A DNA stretch of 64,000 nt from positions 1-64,000 of IMG/VR virus record IMGVR_UViG_3300010430_000025; one strand, given 5' to 3'. The notes below the pieces were generated by a model. It was not told the DNA's origin, did no database searches, and worked only from the letters and a program-made list of their open reading frames with translations. The number at the start of each line of letters is the position of its first letter. Position 1 is the stretch's first letter. The stretch comes from a virus. The translations under genes were made by a program, and so were the position numbers. Of the stretch, positions 9,759 through 19,395 are shown piece after piece.

Positions 9759-10129
9759 TGCACTACGTTATTATAATAGGGTCAATCCTTTCTACTCTTA
9801 TAGGGTGGAGCATTACATACGAACCTTTTGGTAAAATAAGTGATGTAAATTATTGGTATATTTATGATAACGCTAAGTCTATTCCTTTATTTTTGGGATT
9901 TATATTGCCTTTTTTAAGGAAGCCAAATAATAGAGAAAGGAAATTATTACTATTATTGTGTATTTACTTTGGAATTAATGCTGTTGCAGATGTTTTTGGG
10001 GTAAATGAAAAAGGCAACTGGTTTACTTATATGTCAGGGGCTTTATTTATATATATTATATTTGCATTGTTGACCCCTAAAAGATGGGCATTTTACTTGA
10101 AATCATTAATAGGTATGGAGAAGCCTTAA
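9758..10129 (+). CDS. multi-pass membrane protein
   Basis: About 4 hydrophobic segments. Confidence 0.55.
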   Translation: MHYVIIIGSILSTLIGWSITYEPFGKISDVNYWYIYDNAKSIPLFLGFILPFLRKPNNRERKLLLLLCIYFGINAVADVFGVNEKGNWFTYMSGALFIYIIFALLTPKRWAFYLKSLIGMEKP

Positions 10130-10207
10130 CTGTTACTCAAATAATAGCTTTTACCGCTTTTGCTTTATCTCAAGCGTTAACAGCCATAGATAAAATAATA
10201 ACATGGT

Positions 10208-10435
10208 ATGAAAGACAGCGTAATAAATAACTCATTTTTTGAAGTGTTTAATAGCAACCCTATACTAGCAGTAATCCTTTCGGTTTTCGCTGGGTTCTTA
10301 GCTGAATACGAGCCTATTATAAGGTTTGCTTTTTACAGTATTGCGGGGCTTATAAGTGTATTTACACTACTAAACAAGATGTGGGATTTTTATATAAGGA
10401 TTAAAAAAAATCAAAGAAGAAGAAAATCTAAATGA
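10208..10435 (+). CDS. putative holin
   Basis: 75 aa, 2 TM segments, basic C-terminus (KKNQRRRKSK), overlaps the amidase start. Confidence 0.6.
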   Translation: MKDSVINNSFFEVFNSNPILAVILSVFAGFLAEYEPIIRFAFYSIAGLISVFTLLNKMWDFYIRIKKNQRRRKSK

Positions 10436-11019
10436 AACAAACTAACATATTCCTTTCTGCTGGGCACTCAAATACAGTAGGCAAGGATAGGGGGGCAGTT
10501 GGCAACGGTTATATAGAAGGCGACCTTACAGTAGAATTAAGAAACATTGTAGCTGACAACCTTAGGTGTTACCCTGACAAGTTTTATATAGTAGAAGATA
10601 AGGACGATGAAACAACTGGCGATAGCACAAGAAGATTTGACCTTTTATTAGGCAGAACAAAAGATAAGGATATTGTTTTAGATATACATTTTAATGCAGA
10701 TGTCCCTTCTGCAAACGGCACAGAGTGCGTAATAAGAAAAGACTATACCGTTCAAGAGCATAAATTAGCTACTATGCTATCGAAAGCGATAAGCGAGGAA
10801 TTAGGCACTAAAAACAGAGGCGTAAAAACAGTAGACCAAACAGCAAGAAAAAAACTATACATAACAGACCGTATAGACAAAGGAGAAGCTATTGTTATAG
10901 TAGTAGAGGTATGCTTTATTTCTAATCTACCTGACCTAGAAAAATATATCCCTAATACAGCAGGGACAGGGAAAGCAATAAGTAATACCACAATAGAGTT
11001 TACTAATTCGTTAAATTAA
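10432..11019 (+). CDS. endolysin, N-acetylmuramoyl-L-alanine amidase (Amidase_3)
   Basis: LSAGH, E, DIHFNA, GTE and VVEVCFISN zinc-amidase motifs. Confidence 0.9.
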   Translation: MKQTNIFLSAGHSNTVGKDRGAVGNGYIEGDLTVELRNIVADNLRCYPDKFYIVEDKDDETTGDSTRRFDLLLGRTKDKDIVLDIHFNADVPSANGTECVIRKDYTVQEHKLATMLSKAISEELGTKNRGVKTVDQTARKKLYITDRIDKGEAIVIVVEVCFISNLPDLEKYIPNTAGTGKAISNTTIEFTNSLN

Positions 11020-11037
11020 TTATATCTTTGAAAGGAA

Positions 11038-11580
11038 ATGACTACTACTCCAAAAACACTACAAGAAATACAGGCTGCTGAAACTGCTAAATGGCTAATG
11101 GGAACTAATTATAGTGGTTCTTCTAAGCCAAAGTTTTCTTTTACAAGACCTGCTGATACTACTGCTTACACCCTAGGAGACACCGTAGGGAGCATAACAG
11201 CCCCTAACTCTTATATTTCTGTCCCGTCAGCTTCTTATGGCGTTACAGGGCTTATACAAGGAGGGCAGCTTATATCAGACGATATTGTCTCTGGAATGGA
11301 AATAAATTGTTTTCTTTTTTCAGAAGACGTTACAAGGGTTGCTGATAATTTAGCCCCAACAGAAACATTTGCTAATATAAGTGATAGGCTGGTTGCCGTG
11401 ATAGTATTTACTTCTGCTTATCCTTTTGGAGCGTCAAATGTTTTAACGGGAGATGTTACGAGTTATAATTCTTTTTTAAGAAAAGGTAACGAAACTAAGC
11501 TATATCCATATTTTACGGCTGGAAGTGCTTTTACGCCAACCTCAGCACAGGGATTTACATTATTGTTAGACACTATATAA
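11038..11580 (+). CDS. hypothetical (probably structural) protein
   Basis: FTRPADTTAYTLGD motif common in phage structural regions. Confidence 0.55.
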   Translation: MTTTPKTLQEIQAAETAKWLMGTNYSGSSKPKFSFTRPADTTAYTLGDTVGSITAPNSYISVPSASYGVTGLIQGGQLISDDIVSGMEINCFLFSEDVTRVADNLAPTETFANISDRLVAVIVFTSAYPFGASNVLTGDVTSYNSFLRKGNETKLYPYFTAGSAFTPTSAQGFTLLLDTI

Positions 11581-11943
11581 TTATCTTTCTATGCCTCTCA
11601 TTCTATCAATAGACTCAATGTTTTGCGACATAAATGAGATTAGAGAGACTTTAGCGTAGGCTGCGGCAGCGCACCATATAAGAATATCAAAACGCTGTCT
11701 TTTTACCTTTAATGCTGGATTACGATAGTTTATTATTTGGTCTATATGATTTTTTCTTAATCGAGCGCATTGACCGTGTTTTGACAATACCTCTGTAAAC
11801 TGCTGTAATGTTCCTCCTTTTTCTCTAAACTTTAAGGCGAGATATGCTAAATTCACAGATGCGTACTCTATTATTTTTCTTGTTTCTTCATAATCTTCGT
11901 AAGTAGATGCAAATGCCGAAGCTGCTATTATATGTTTTGCCAT
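11581..11943 (-). CDS. hypothetical protein, lone minus-strand gene in the late block
   Basis: ORF fills the gap exactly; TATTTTTG box at 11950-11957 upstream of ATG 11943. Confidence 0.55.
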   Translation of the reverse strand: MAKHIIAASAFASTYEDYEETRKIIEYASVNLAYLALKFREKGGTLQQFTEVLSKHGQCARLRKNHIDQIINYRNPALKVKRQRFDILIWCAAAAYAKVSLISFMSQNIESIDRMRGIER

Positions 11944-11983
11944 TGTTTTCAAAAATAAAGATTTAAAACGCTAAATTTGAAAA

Positions 11984-14092
11984 ATGGAGACTAATTTTTT
12001 AGCGGTAAAAACTGAGGAAGAAAAAAATGCAGACAACGGTAAATGGTACACCGAGTATGCTAAGTTTATCTTATCAAGATATAACACTCAGACAAGTATT
12101 GATTCCAATAATTTAATTAATGAAGAGACGGGCGGTAATGTAGCTTCTTTTTCCCCCATAGAAGCCATAAGGAGGAACTTTTCTTATTTTGCTAATAAGC
12201 AAGACAATAAGCAGTTTGGATTCATTACACAAGATAATTCAGGGGAGGCATTAGATATTGGAGTAGTTTGGCAAAGGGTTCCCCGCATACAACAGTTGGT
12301 AAATGATTTTGTTGGAGACATACAAAAATCAATGAAGTATTACGATATGTATGTGTATTCCGTTAGCCCCTCAGCGCAAAATGAAAAAACAAATAAACTT
12401 GGATTAACACGATTAAAACAGCAGAATAACGAAAGATTTAAAGCTCTTGAAGAGTTGGGGGTGGTTTTTAGCCCTTTAGGGGATATAGAAGAAGATTTTG
12501 ATTCTATTGATGATATTGAATCGTTTATAGAGAATGATTACAAAACACCGCTAGAAATATATGCTGATATAATAAAAAAAGATATTTTAGACCGTAATGA
12601 CTATATCACGTATTGCGACAAAGCATTAAAATATGCTACTATAGCAGGGATAATAGCCACAGAAATAAGGAAAAAAAATGGCAAAGTTTATTGGCATATA
12701 TATATGCCAGACAGAATAATATGGGACAATAGCGTAGATACTCAACACCATAAAGATATAAGGTATATTGGCTTAATAGATTATATGACCCCCTCTGAAA
12801 TAATAGAAACTTGGGGCGAGGAGCTAAGGTCTACCGACGAAGGTATTGAGGCTCTTGAAAAATTAAAACAAATAACAACAGATAGAGGTGTAAACGGAGA
12901 TACAGGGTTTAACACAACACTTCCATTAACTTCACGGTCTAACAATATTCCGTTAATTACTGTTGTAAAAAACTATTGGAAAGCTCTTAAAAAAACCGAA
13001 GAGGAACAATACGACACCTACTATCAATGCGTACAAATTGCTGATATTATAACGGTAGAGAAAAAAGAAGTAGAAAACTTAGTAGAAAACTATAAAGACA
13101 GGAAAGTGGTTTATCCTCCTGTCTCTATATGGACACCAGAAGTGGTGCAAGGAGAAGCGCACAGCCTTGTGGGCAGAATGATACATAATGCTGACCTAAT
13201 AGACTTTTATAAAAACAGAATAAACCAACGTATTTTACAGTCAAAAGGAAGGGTAGCTATTATTGTTGCCGAAAATTTAGGCTCTAAAGGTATGGTTGAG
13301 ATTACTAATGATTGGGAAAGAATGGGAGCGACTGTTATTAACAGGCAAAACCCATTAGACTATGAAGCGGTAAATTCTGGACGGTTCGCAGAGGTTTTGG
13401 ACTTCTCTAATACGCAAGAAATACAGATGTTAGTATCGATACTTGACAGGGAGGAGCAAATGATGGAAAGAATAACTAACGCAACTGATATTACGTTAGG
13501 AGAGCAACAGCAATACGTCAGCACCGTAACACAGGGACGTTCTATTGAGCAAAGTAAAAAGGGTGTTTTTGGATTTTACGAAGGCTTTTTAAAGCATATA
13601 GAGCATTTAACATTACTAAGCGTTAATATACAAAAAGACTTAGTCGCTGACGAGAACAATAATTACGCTATCCCTTTATTGAGCCGATTTGGGCAGGATT
13701 TCTTAAAGAAAATAAGAAACATTACCCTCGAAGATTTTAACGTATCTTTTAAATTTTTAGACCCTATTACCGAAGCAAAATCACAGGCTATACTTACTTA
13801 TATAGAAAGAAAAGCCTCAGACCCTAATAGTGGTTTTACTGACGAAGATTTTGCAAATGCTATTTCTTTCAGAACACTTACTCAGTTACAAAAGTATTTT
13901 AAGAAAATAACTCGTAGGCAGAAAAAAGAAAGGGAAGAACAAGCAATGCTTGCGGCACAACAACAGCAACAAGCTATTGAAGCAAAAAACAATACTGATA
14001 TAGAAAAGGCTAATGTTAGTGCAGGTGGAGTAGTTGAAGCAGCAGAAATAAAAGCGGAAGCAGACTTAGCAAAAGAAGCTATGAAAAGCTAA
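11984..14092 (+). CDS. portal protein (P22/crAss-like)
   Basis: 702 aa, helical, C-terminal Q-rich coiled coil; sits before scaffold and capsid genes. Confidence 0.75.
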   Translation: METNFLAVKTEEEKNADNGKWYTEYAKFILSRYNTQTSIDSNNLINEETGGNVASFSPIEAIRRNFSYFANKQDNKQFGFITQDNSGEALDIGVVWQRVPRIQQLVNDFVGDIQKSMKYYDMYVYSVSPSAQNEKTNKLGLTRLKQQNNERFKALEELGVVFSPLGDIEEDFDSIDDIESFIENDYKTPLEIYADIIKKDILDRNDYITYCDKALKYATIAGIIATEIRKKNGKVYWHIYMPDRIIWDNSVDTQHHKDIRYIGLIDYMTPSEIIETWGEELRSTDEGIEALEKLKQITTDRGVNGDTGFNTTLPLTSRSNNIPLITVVKNYWKALKKTEEEQYDTYYQCVQIADIITVEKKEVENLVENYKDRKVVYPPVSIWTPEVVQGEAHSLVGRMIHNADLIDFYKNRINQRILQSKGRVAIIVAENLGSKGMVEITNDWERMGATVINRQNPLDYEAVNSGRFAEVLDFSNTQEIQMLVSILDREEQMMERITNATDITLGEQQQYVSTVTQGRSIEQSKKGVFGFYEGFLKHIEHLTLLSVNIQKDLVADENNNYAIPLLSRFGQDFLKKIRNITLEDFNVSFKFLDPITEAKSQAILTYIERKASDPNSGFTDEDFANAISFRTLTQLQKYFKKITRRQKKEREEQAMLAAQQQQQAIEAKNNTDIEKANVSAGGVVEAAEIKAEADLAKEAMKS

Positions 14093-14134
14093 TATCAAAC
14101 AATATTATACCCCTGTTAGTAATCGTTTGCCTTA

Positions 14135-14231
14135 ACATTTGTATATACAAATTATACATTTACAATTATTGTTAATAAAACACAAGTAATTTTAACATTT
14201 GTATTTCCAACATTTGTATATACATTTGTAT
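14135..14231 (+). repeat. four ACATTTGTAT direct repeats and a 16-bp palindrome upstream of the head operon
   Basis: Copies at 14135, 14195, 14210, 14222; ATTTGTATATACAAAT at 14137-14152; last copy overlaps a TACATTTG -7 box. Confidence 0.75.
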
Positions 14232-14247
14232 AAAAAATATATAACGA

Positions 14248-15288
14248 ATGATAACCGCAAGTGAAATCGACAAAGAAGCCGAAGAAATATTAGCCGAAAC
14301 TCAAGGGGCGGTAGTTGAAGAAACTACAACCGAAACAACAGTTGAAGAGACAGCCCCTAAAGTAGTAGATGAAACTACTGAGGATAAAACCCCTGCCGAT
14401 GAGGCAATAGAAGAAGCTAAACAAGAAGAAAAGGCAAAAGAGGAAACTGTAGAAACAGATGCAGAAAAAAAGAAAAATCCTTTTTTAGAAACGGAAGAAG
14501 AAGAGAAATCTTCTGTAAATGTCGAAAGTATTATTGCTGAAAAAAACGAACTACAAGAAAAATACGACTCTCTATTAGAAATTGTTAATAATGATGGAGT
14601 TCGTTTTTTATTAGACGCAATGGAAAAAGGGAAAAACCCTTTTGATGCTTTAAAAGAAATTGCTCCTCTTGATGTTGACAGAATACCCTACGAAGAGTTA
14701 TTAGAAATTCGTATAGATAGAATAAAAGAAAGCAAAAGGCTTTCTAAAGATGAAGTAGAAGCGGAGAGAGAAAGATATGAAAACATGAACGCTCGTGATA
14801 GAGAAGAATTGTTGGAGATTGAGAGAGATAGAATAAGAAAAGAGCAGGACAGCAAGCCTAAAGAGTTTGAGTTTAAGGTAGAGGATAAAATCAATAAAGA
14901 AAAAGAGTTTAAAGCCAAGCTAAAACAACTTGAAGAGTCTTCATTGAAAGAACTAGAGAACGAAGTAGAAAGATTAATAAAAGGCGAATATATTACCCCT
15001 GAGCAGAAAAAAGAGTTTTATACAGAACTTGATAACGTTCCTCCTTTATACTTTGTTTCAGACGGTATTGCCACGCCTAACCAAAAAGTAGCTGCAGAGC
15101 TTGTATACCTAAGAAAGTTCTACACCAATTCGGTAGAGAAGGCAGTCTCTGAGGCTGAAACTGAGGTACGTATACAAGAGGCTAACAAAAGAAAAAATAA
15201 TAATACCGATAAGAATCCACAAACTATTACACCCCCAAGTGAATCACGAGAAGATTTAATAGAGTGGGCAATAAAGCAACCTAATTAA
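14248..15288 (+). CDS. capsid scaffolding protein
   Basis: Very acidic N-terminus, coiled coil; between portal and capsid genes. Confidence 0.65.
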   Translation: MITASEIDKEAEEILAETQGAVVEETTTETTVEETAPKVVDETTEDKTPADEAIEEAKQEEKAKEETVETDAEKKKNPFLETEEEEKSSVNVESIIAEKNELQEKYDSLLEIVNNDGVRFLLDAMEKGKNPFDALKEIAPLDVDRIPYEELLEIRIDRIKESKRLSKDEVEAERERYENMNARDREELLEIERDRIRKEQDSKPKEFEFKVEDKINKEKEFKAKLKQLEESSLKELENEVERLIKGEYITPEQKKEFYTELDNVPPLYFVSDGIATPNQKVAAELVYLRKFYTNSVEKAVSEAETEVRIQEANKRKNNNTDKNPQTITPPSESREDLIEWAIKQPN

Positions 15289-15302
15289 CAAACAATTTAT
15301 AA

Positions 15303-16673
15303 ATGGCAACTTCAACAGGACTCAATAGTAAATCTCTATATAATAATATAGATTATTTGAGATTACAGAAACCTTCAAAAGCAAGGAACGCTTACAAGGA
15401 CTTGCTTACCAACTATGACAGGATTACCATGTTTATAAACATGATGAACCCTGCGGGAAGTATTAGAGAGGACAACTTTAAATACGACTTTTTTACTTCG
15501 ACTGGTTTATATACCCCGCTTTATGCAAGCTCTAATTCAACGTTACTTCCAAACAAAAACTTAGAAGTAAATGTTGCGTTACCAGCAGGTGTTACCGACT
15601 TACGGGAAACAATAAGGGAAACCAATATCCTTTCAGACGGAAACAACAAGCAAGGGCGAGTAGTAAAAGTAAATACTACGTCTGTAGAGTTAGAAATTAG
15701 TGGGGCTACTACCTCGTGGGATGCCGCTACTGATTTTACCTCTAATACTTCTGTTACAATAGAGGGTAATGCTCAACCCTTTATTTCTGGTGGTATATCT
15801 TCTTTACATACTATTCCAACAGAAGACTTTAACTACCACCAAATTTCAAGAGACGGGCATCAATTTGGTCGTAACGAAATAATACAGCCTACGTGGGCTA
15901 CTTATGGTGAAAAAACATGGCAAAATTATGATATAACCAGAGCGGCTTATCGTGTTTTTAAAGACATTGCAAGAACAGACTATTATGGACAAAGGTCTTT
16001 AACAGGTTCTGGCTCTAACAGGGTTTACAGAAGTAGAGGAATAAGAGAATCTATTATACAAAGAAACCCTGAGTTATACTTCCCATTAAGTTCTGTTTTA
16101 AACGAAACAAAACTAAGAGAAATGATAACTAAGTACCGTGCACTTACAGGTGGTGTTGTAACAGAGCTTATATGCTGCACAGGAAGTTACCAGCTTGCCA
16201 ATATTCAGAGTTTCATGTCTCAATATATCGTTACTGCGGGTAATACAAATACTTTTGGCGGAATGGATGTATCAGGACTGAATATAGTAATGTACAATTT
16301 CTGCGGTATAAAAATCATGTTTGAGATTGCAGGAATATTTGACGACCCTATAAAAGGTCAAATAAGCCAAATCACACAAGAGCCAAAAGAAAGTGGTAAC
16401 ATGTTTTTCTTCACAAATAAAAAAGTTGAGAAAGTAAACGGACTTGCTCCATCGATTACTATTAAACATGCGGGACCAAAAGAAATACAAGCAACCTTCT
16501 TACGTGGTATGGTAGAAAAAGAACTTTTAGAGGGACACGACCTTTCAGGGATAACCTTAGAAGGCGGAATGCCAGTAACAAGTTTAACTGACGGAGCTAC
16601 TTTTGGAGTGTATTCTACTCGCTCTTTAGAGATTGACCCTAAATACATGATGCTTGCAGAATACATTAACTAA
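15303..16673 (+). CDS. major capsid protein (HK97 fold, crAss/P22-like)
   Basis: 456 aa; FNYHQISRD and SRGIRESI segments; follows scaffold. Confidence 0.7.
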   Translation: MATSTGLNSKSLYNNIDYLRLQKPSKARNAYKDLLTNYDRITMFINMMNPAGSIREDNFKYDFFTSTGLYTPLYASSNSTLLPNKNLEVNVALPAGVTDLRETIRETNILSDGNNKQGRVVKVNTTSVELEISGATTSWDAATDFTSNTSVTIEGNAQPFISGGISSLHTIPTEDFNYHQISRDGHQFGRNEIIQPTWATYGEKTWQNYDITRAAYRVFKDIARTDYYGQRSLTGSGSNRVYRSRGIRESIIQRNPELYFPLSSVLNETKLREMITKYRALTGGVVTELICCTGSYQLANIQSFMSQYIVTAGNTNTFGGMDVSGLNIVMYNFCGIKIMFEIAGIFDDPIKGQISQITQEPKESGNMFFFTNKKVEKVNGLAPSITIKHAGPKEIQATFLRGMVEKELLEGHDLSGITLEGGMPVTSLTDGATFGVYSTRSLEIDPKYMMLAEYIN

Positions 16674-16694
16674 CCCTTTAATAATAATAATAAA

Positions 16695-17993
16695 ATGACA
16701 TATACACCAGTTAGTCAAGAGTTTGATATAAAAAACACTATAGCAGGAACCGATGCTTATTATAAGGATGGTCGCCTTTCTATACTTGACACAGAAAATG
16801 GATTTCCTCAAATATGGACAAAGGGGATAACCAACGCCCCTTATTTTACCAAAAGTTTGCAGGAAATTTTACAAGCTCGCACATATACGTTTGTAGCGGC
16901 AGTTAATACAGTTTATTCTGTGGACATTTCTCAAACCATAAAAAAAGACGGCAGTAGAACCACCAAAAAAATATCTTTTGATAGTACGGGCACATCTGCT
17001 ACTAACGCTGTTATTTTAGCGGGGCTTATTGCTTCTGCTAATAATTTAGGGTTAGAAATAACTGCGGCAGGTGCTTCGGCTACCTCCTTTACTGTTACTG
17101 CTAAAACAGGTTATGCTACTTTCTATGAAAGCGGCTTGACAAATTTAACAGTAGCAAGCGCACAAACAACGTATGCCCCAAGTGGTACTGCTAGTGCGGC
17201 TATAACAACTGTTATTGCCCCTGCAAGTACTGCGGCTGATAGGATTAGCGGAACTAATGTTGTTACTGTAGAAACTGCTGCTGCACATTTACTTCGCCCA
17301 GGCGATTATGTTCAGATAGCTACAACTACTGGTTTTTTAATGACTTATACCGATAATGTCCCCTTGTCTAATAATACTGATTTTGGAAAAACGTTTTCGG
17401 GAGCAATAGGAGGTAAATTCAGAGTAGCTACCGTTCCTACATCAACTACTTTTACACTTGATGGAGTAACAGGGAATGGCGGCACAAACACAGGAGCCTG
17501 TACTATTAACACTATCAATGTAGCGTTTTTAACTACTTTAGGTTCTGAAACTATAGCAACAGGTAAAACATTAAATGTTGTAGATGTAGCTACTATGACT
17601 GTAGCCTCTGTATCAAGTAATGACACGGTTGGAACAGCAGGAACAAGCGGTTCTTTTAGAGTAGGTGTTGGTGGAACAGGAACACGATTCTTAATCGAAG
17701 GTATAAACACTAACGGTTCTTTGAATAGTGGAACAATAACAATAACTGAGGTAGCTCAAAACTCAAGATTTACTTACAACGATTTAACTAATCTTATAGG
17801 GCAACCTTCTGCTATAAGCGGAGACACTTATTCTACTATTAGTTTTACTTATAGTGAGTCTGACGGTAATTTTGTTGGGAGCAACGGGGGTATGGGTAAA
17901 TTTGTTTCGCTTTATGTGAACGAAAGCCAAACAGCCTCTTCTTTGTTTATGTTCAATCTTTATAAGGCTCTGGAATCAGGCAACGTTCGATAG
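16695..17993 (+). CDS. auxiliary capsid/decoration protein
   Basis: Thr/Ala/Gly-rich, follows the MCP; FCCH-like insert AAAHLLRPGDYV. Confidence 0.55.
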   Translation: MTYTPVSQEFDIKNTIAGTDAYYKDGRLSILDTENGFPQIWTKGITNAPYFTKSLQEILQARTYTFVAAVNTVYSVDISQTIKKDGSRTTKKISFDSTGTSATNAVILAGLIASANNLGLEITAAGASATSFTVTAKTGYATFYESGLTNLTVASAQTTYAPSGTASAAITTVIAPASTAADRISGTNVVTVETAAAHLLRPGDYVQIATTTGFLMTYTDNVPLSNNTDFGKTFSGAIGGKFRVATVPTSTTFTLDGVTGNGGTNTGACTINTINVAFLTTLGSETIATGKTLNVVDVATMTVASVSSNDTVGTAGTSGSFRVGVGGTGTRFLIEGINTNGSLNSGTITITEVAQNSRFTYNDLTNLIGQPSAISGDTYSTISFTYSESDGNFVGSNGGMGKFVSLYVNESQTASSLFMFNLYKALESGNVR

Positions 17994-18006
17994 TTATATT
18001 TTTTTT

Positions 18007-18030
18007 AAAAGGGGTTTATAGCCCCTTTTT
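18007..18030 (+). terminator. intrinsic terminator after the head operon
   Basis: AAAAGGGGT-TTATA-GCCCCTTTTT. Confidence 0.7.
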
Positions 18031-18065
18031 ATACAATCCATAAAACAAAATAATTTTTTAAAAAA

Positions 18066-19097
18066 ATGACAAAAACAGAATTAAATTCTTTTGTATCATT
18101 ATACAATAATTGGGAAGGCAAAAAGGGAGTTCAAAGGGTTTTAATACACACTTTGAATGAGATTGGAGCTAATTTAAGTGCTGACTACAAGCTAACCTTA
18201 CAAAACGAAAAAGGGCAAACAACTTTCAACAACAATATTACTATGTTGTATAACCCAGACAGGGTTGTTATTGGAGAGAATAAAGAACAAACACTGTCTA
18301 TATTTATACGCAAAGGTGCACCATTGGTAAAAACCATAGACTTTGATACAGATGAAGGGAAAGCGTTTTGGCTTGCGCTAATAATGCATCCTATGGTAAG
18401 GGCTAAAGGCGAAAAAGAGCTAAACAAAAAATCAACGTTATCGTTTGAGGCGGAAGTTCCTGCTGAAACAGCTACAAAAAACGTTAAGCTAATTAAAGAA
18501 AAAAATGCTTTTTCTATTACTTTATTTTCATACCCTGAAAAGGATTTGCAAAATTTAGCATTCTATCTTAAAAAATCTCCCTTTTCAGCCCCTAATATTT
18601 ACATGAATAGAGAAGAGCTTTTAAGCGCATTAATAGGTGTTGATTATCAAGGGTGGGCAATGACAGACTTAGAAAACTATAAAAAATTCCACACCTCTTC
18701 TGACACAAAAGAAAGAGCGGCATTAGTGCTTTTACAAAAAGGAATGGCTTATGGATTTATTACTATAAAAAGTGGGTTATATGAGTTTGACGGCTCTGAC
18801 ACTATTGGAAGTAGCGAAAGCGAAAGCGTACAGTTTATCCTAAGCGAGGATAACGTTTATTTAAGGTTAAGCCAAAAAGTGGCGTATATTGAAAATAGAA
18901 TGGATGGAGAACCCTTATCTAAAGACGATATTTTAAGTAAACTAAAGGAATTAAATATAACGGATGAAAAACTAATTTCTAAAGTAAGAGAACGAAAAGA
19001 AAAAGGAATGACCGCAGCCGCCATTTCAAAAGAGCTAAAAGAAAACCCTATAGCGGTTAGTCAAATTTACAAAGAACTACGAAATGAAGGAAGCTGA
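18066..19097 (+). CDS. hypothetical protein with C-terminal HTH-like segment
   Basis: 343-aa ORF; GMTAAAISKELKENPIAVSQIY. Confidence 0.6.
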   Translation: MTKTELNSFVSLYNNWEGKKGVQRVLIHTLNEIGANLSADYKLTLQNEKGQTTFNNNITMLYNPDRVVIGENKEQTLSIFIRKGAPLVKTIDFDTDEGKAFWLALIMHPMVRAKGEKELNKKSTLSFEAEVPAETATKNVKLIKEKNAFSITLFSYPEKDLQNLAFYLKKSPFSAPNIYMNREELLSALIGVDYQGWAMTDLENYKKFHTSSDTKERAALVLLQKGMAYGFITIKSGLYEFDGSDTIGSSESESVQFILSEDNVYLRLSQKVAYIENRMDGEPLSKDDILSKLKELNITDEKLISKVRERKEKGMTAAAISKELKENPIAVSQIYKELRNEGS

Positions 19098-19395
19098 AAA
19101 ACTTAAAGATTTTTCTATAGGTGATTTAAAAGAAGATTACATTAATTCATTAATTCGATGCGTAAAAAGGTTTACAAAAGAATTAAATGAGGAGATGGAT
19201 AATGATGCTTCATTAATCACTTGTGAAGATAAAAGGTTTGAACGCATAAGAGCATTAGTAAATGATAGCAACAAAACAATAGAAATGTTGGGGGCTATTG
19301 ACAAATCTTTAACTGGCGGGGAGGAGGGGAAACATATAACTACCCGTAACGGTAAAAGAATCCGTACCGCAGATACAGAAAAAGTCCATATATAA
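19084..19395 (+). CDS. possible terminase small subunit
   Basis: Helical 103 aa, translationally coupled to TerL. Confidence 0.4.
   Translation: MKEAEKLKDFSIGDLKEDYINSLIRCVKRFTKELNEEMDNDASLITCEDKRFERIRALVNDSNKTIEMLGAIDKSLTGGEEGKHITTRNGKRIRTADTEKVHI

Noticed and set aside
14135-14231. CRISPR mini-array
   Set aside because: Repeats are only 10 bp with irregular spacing
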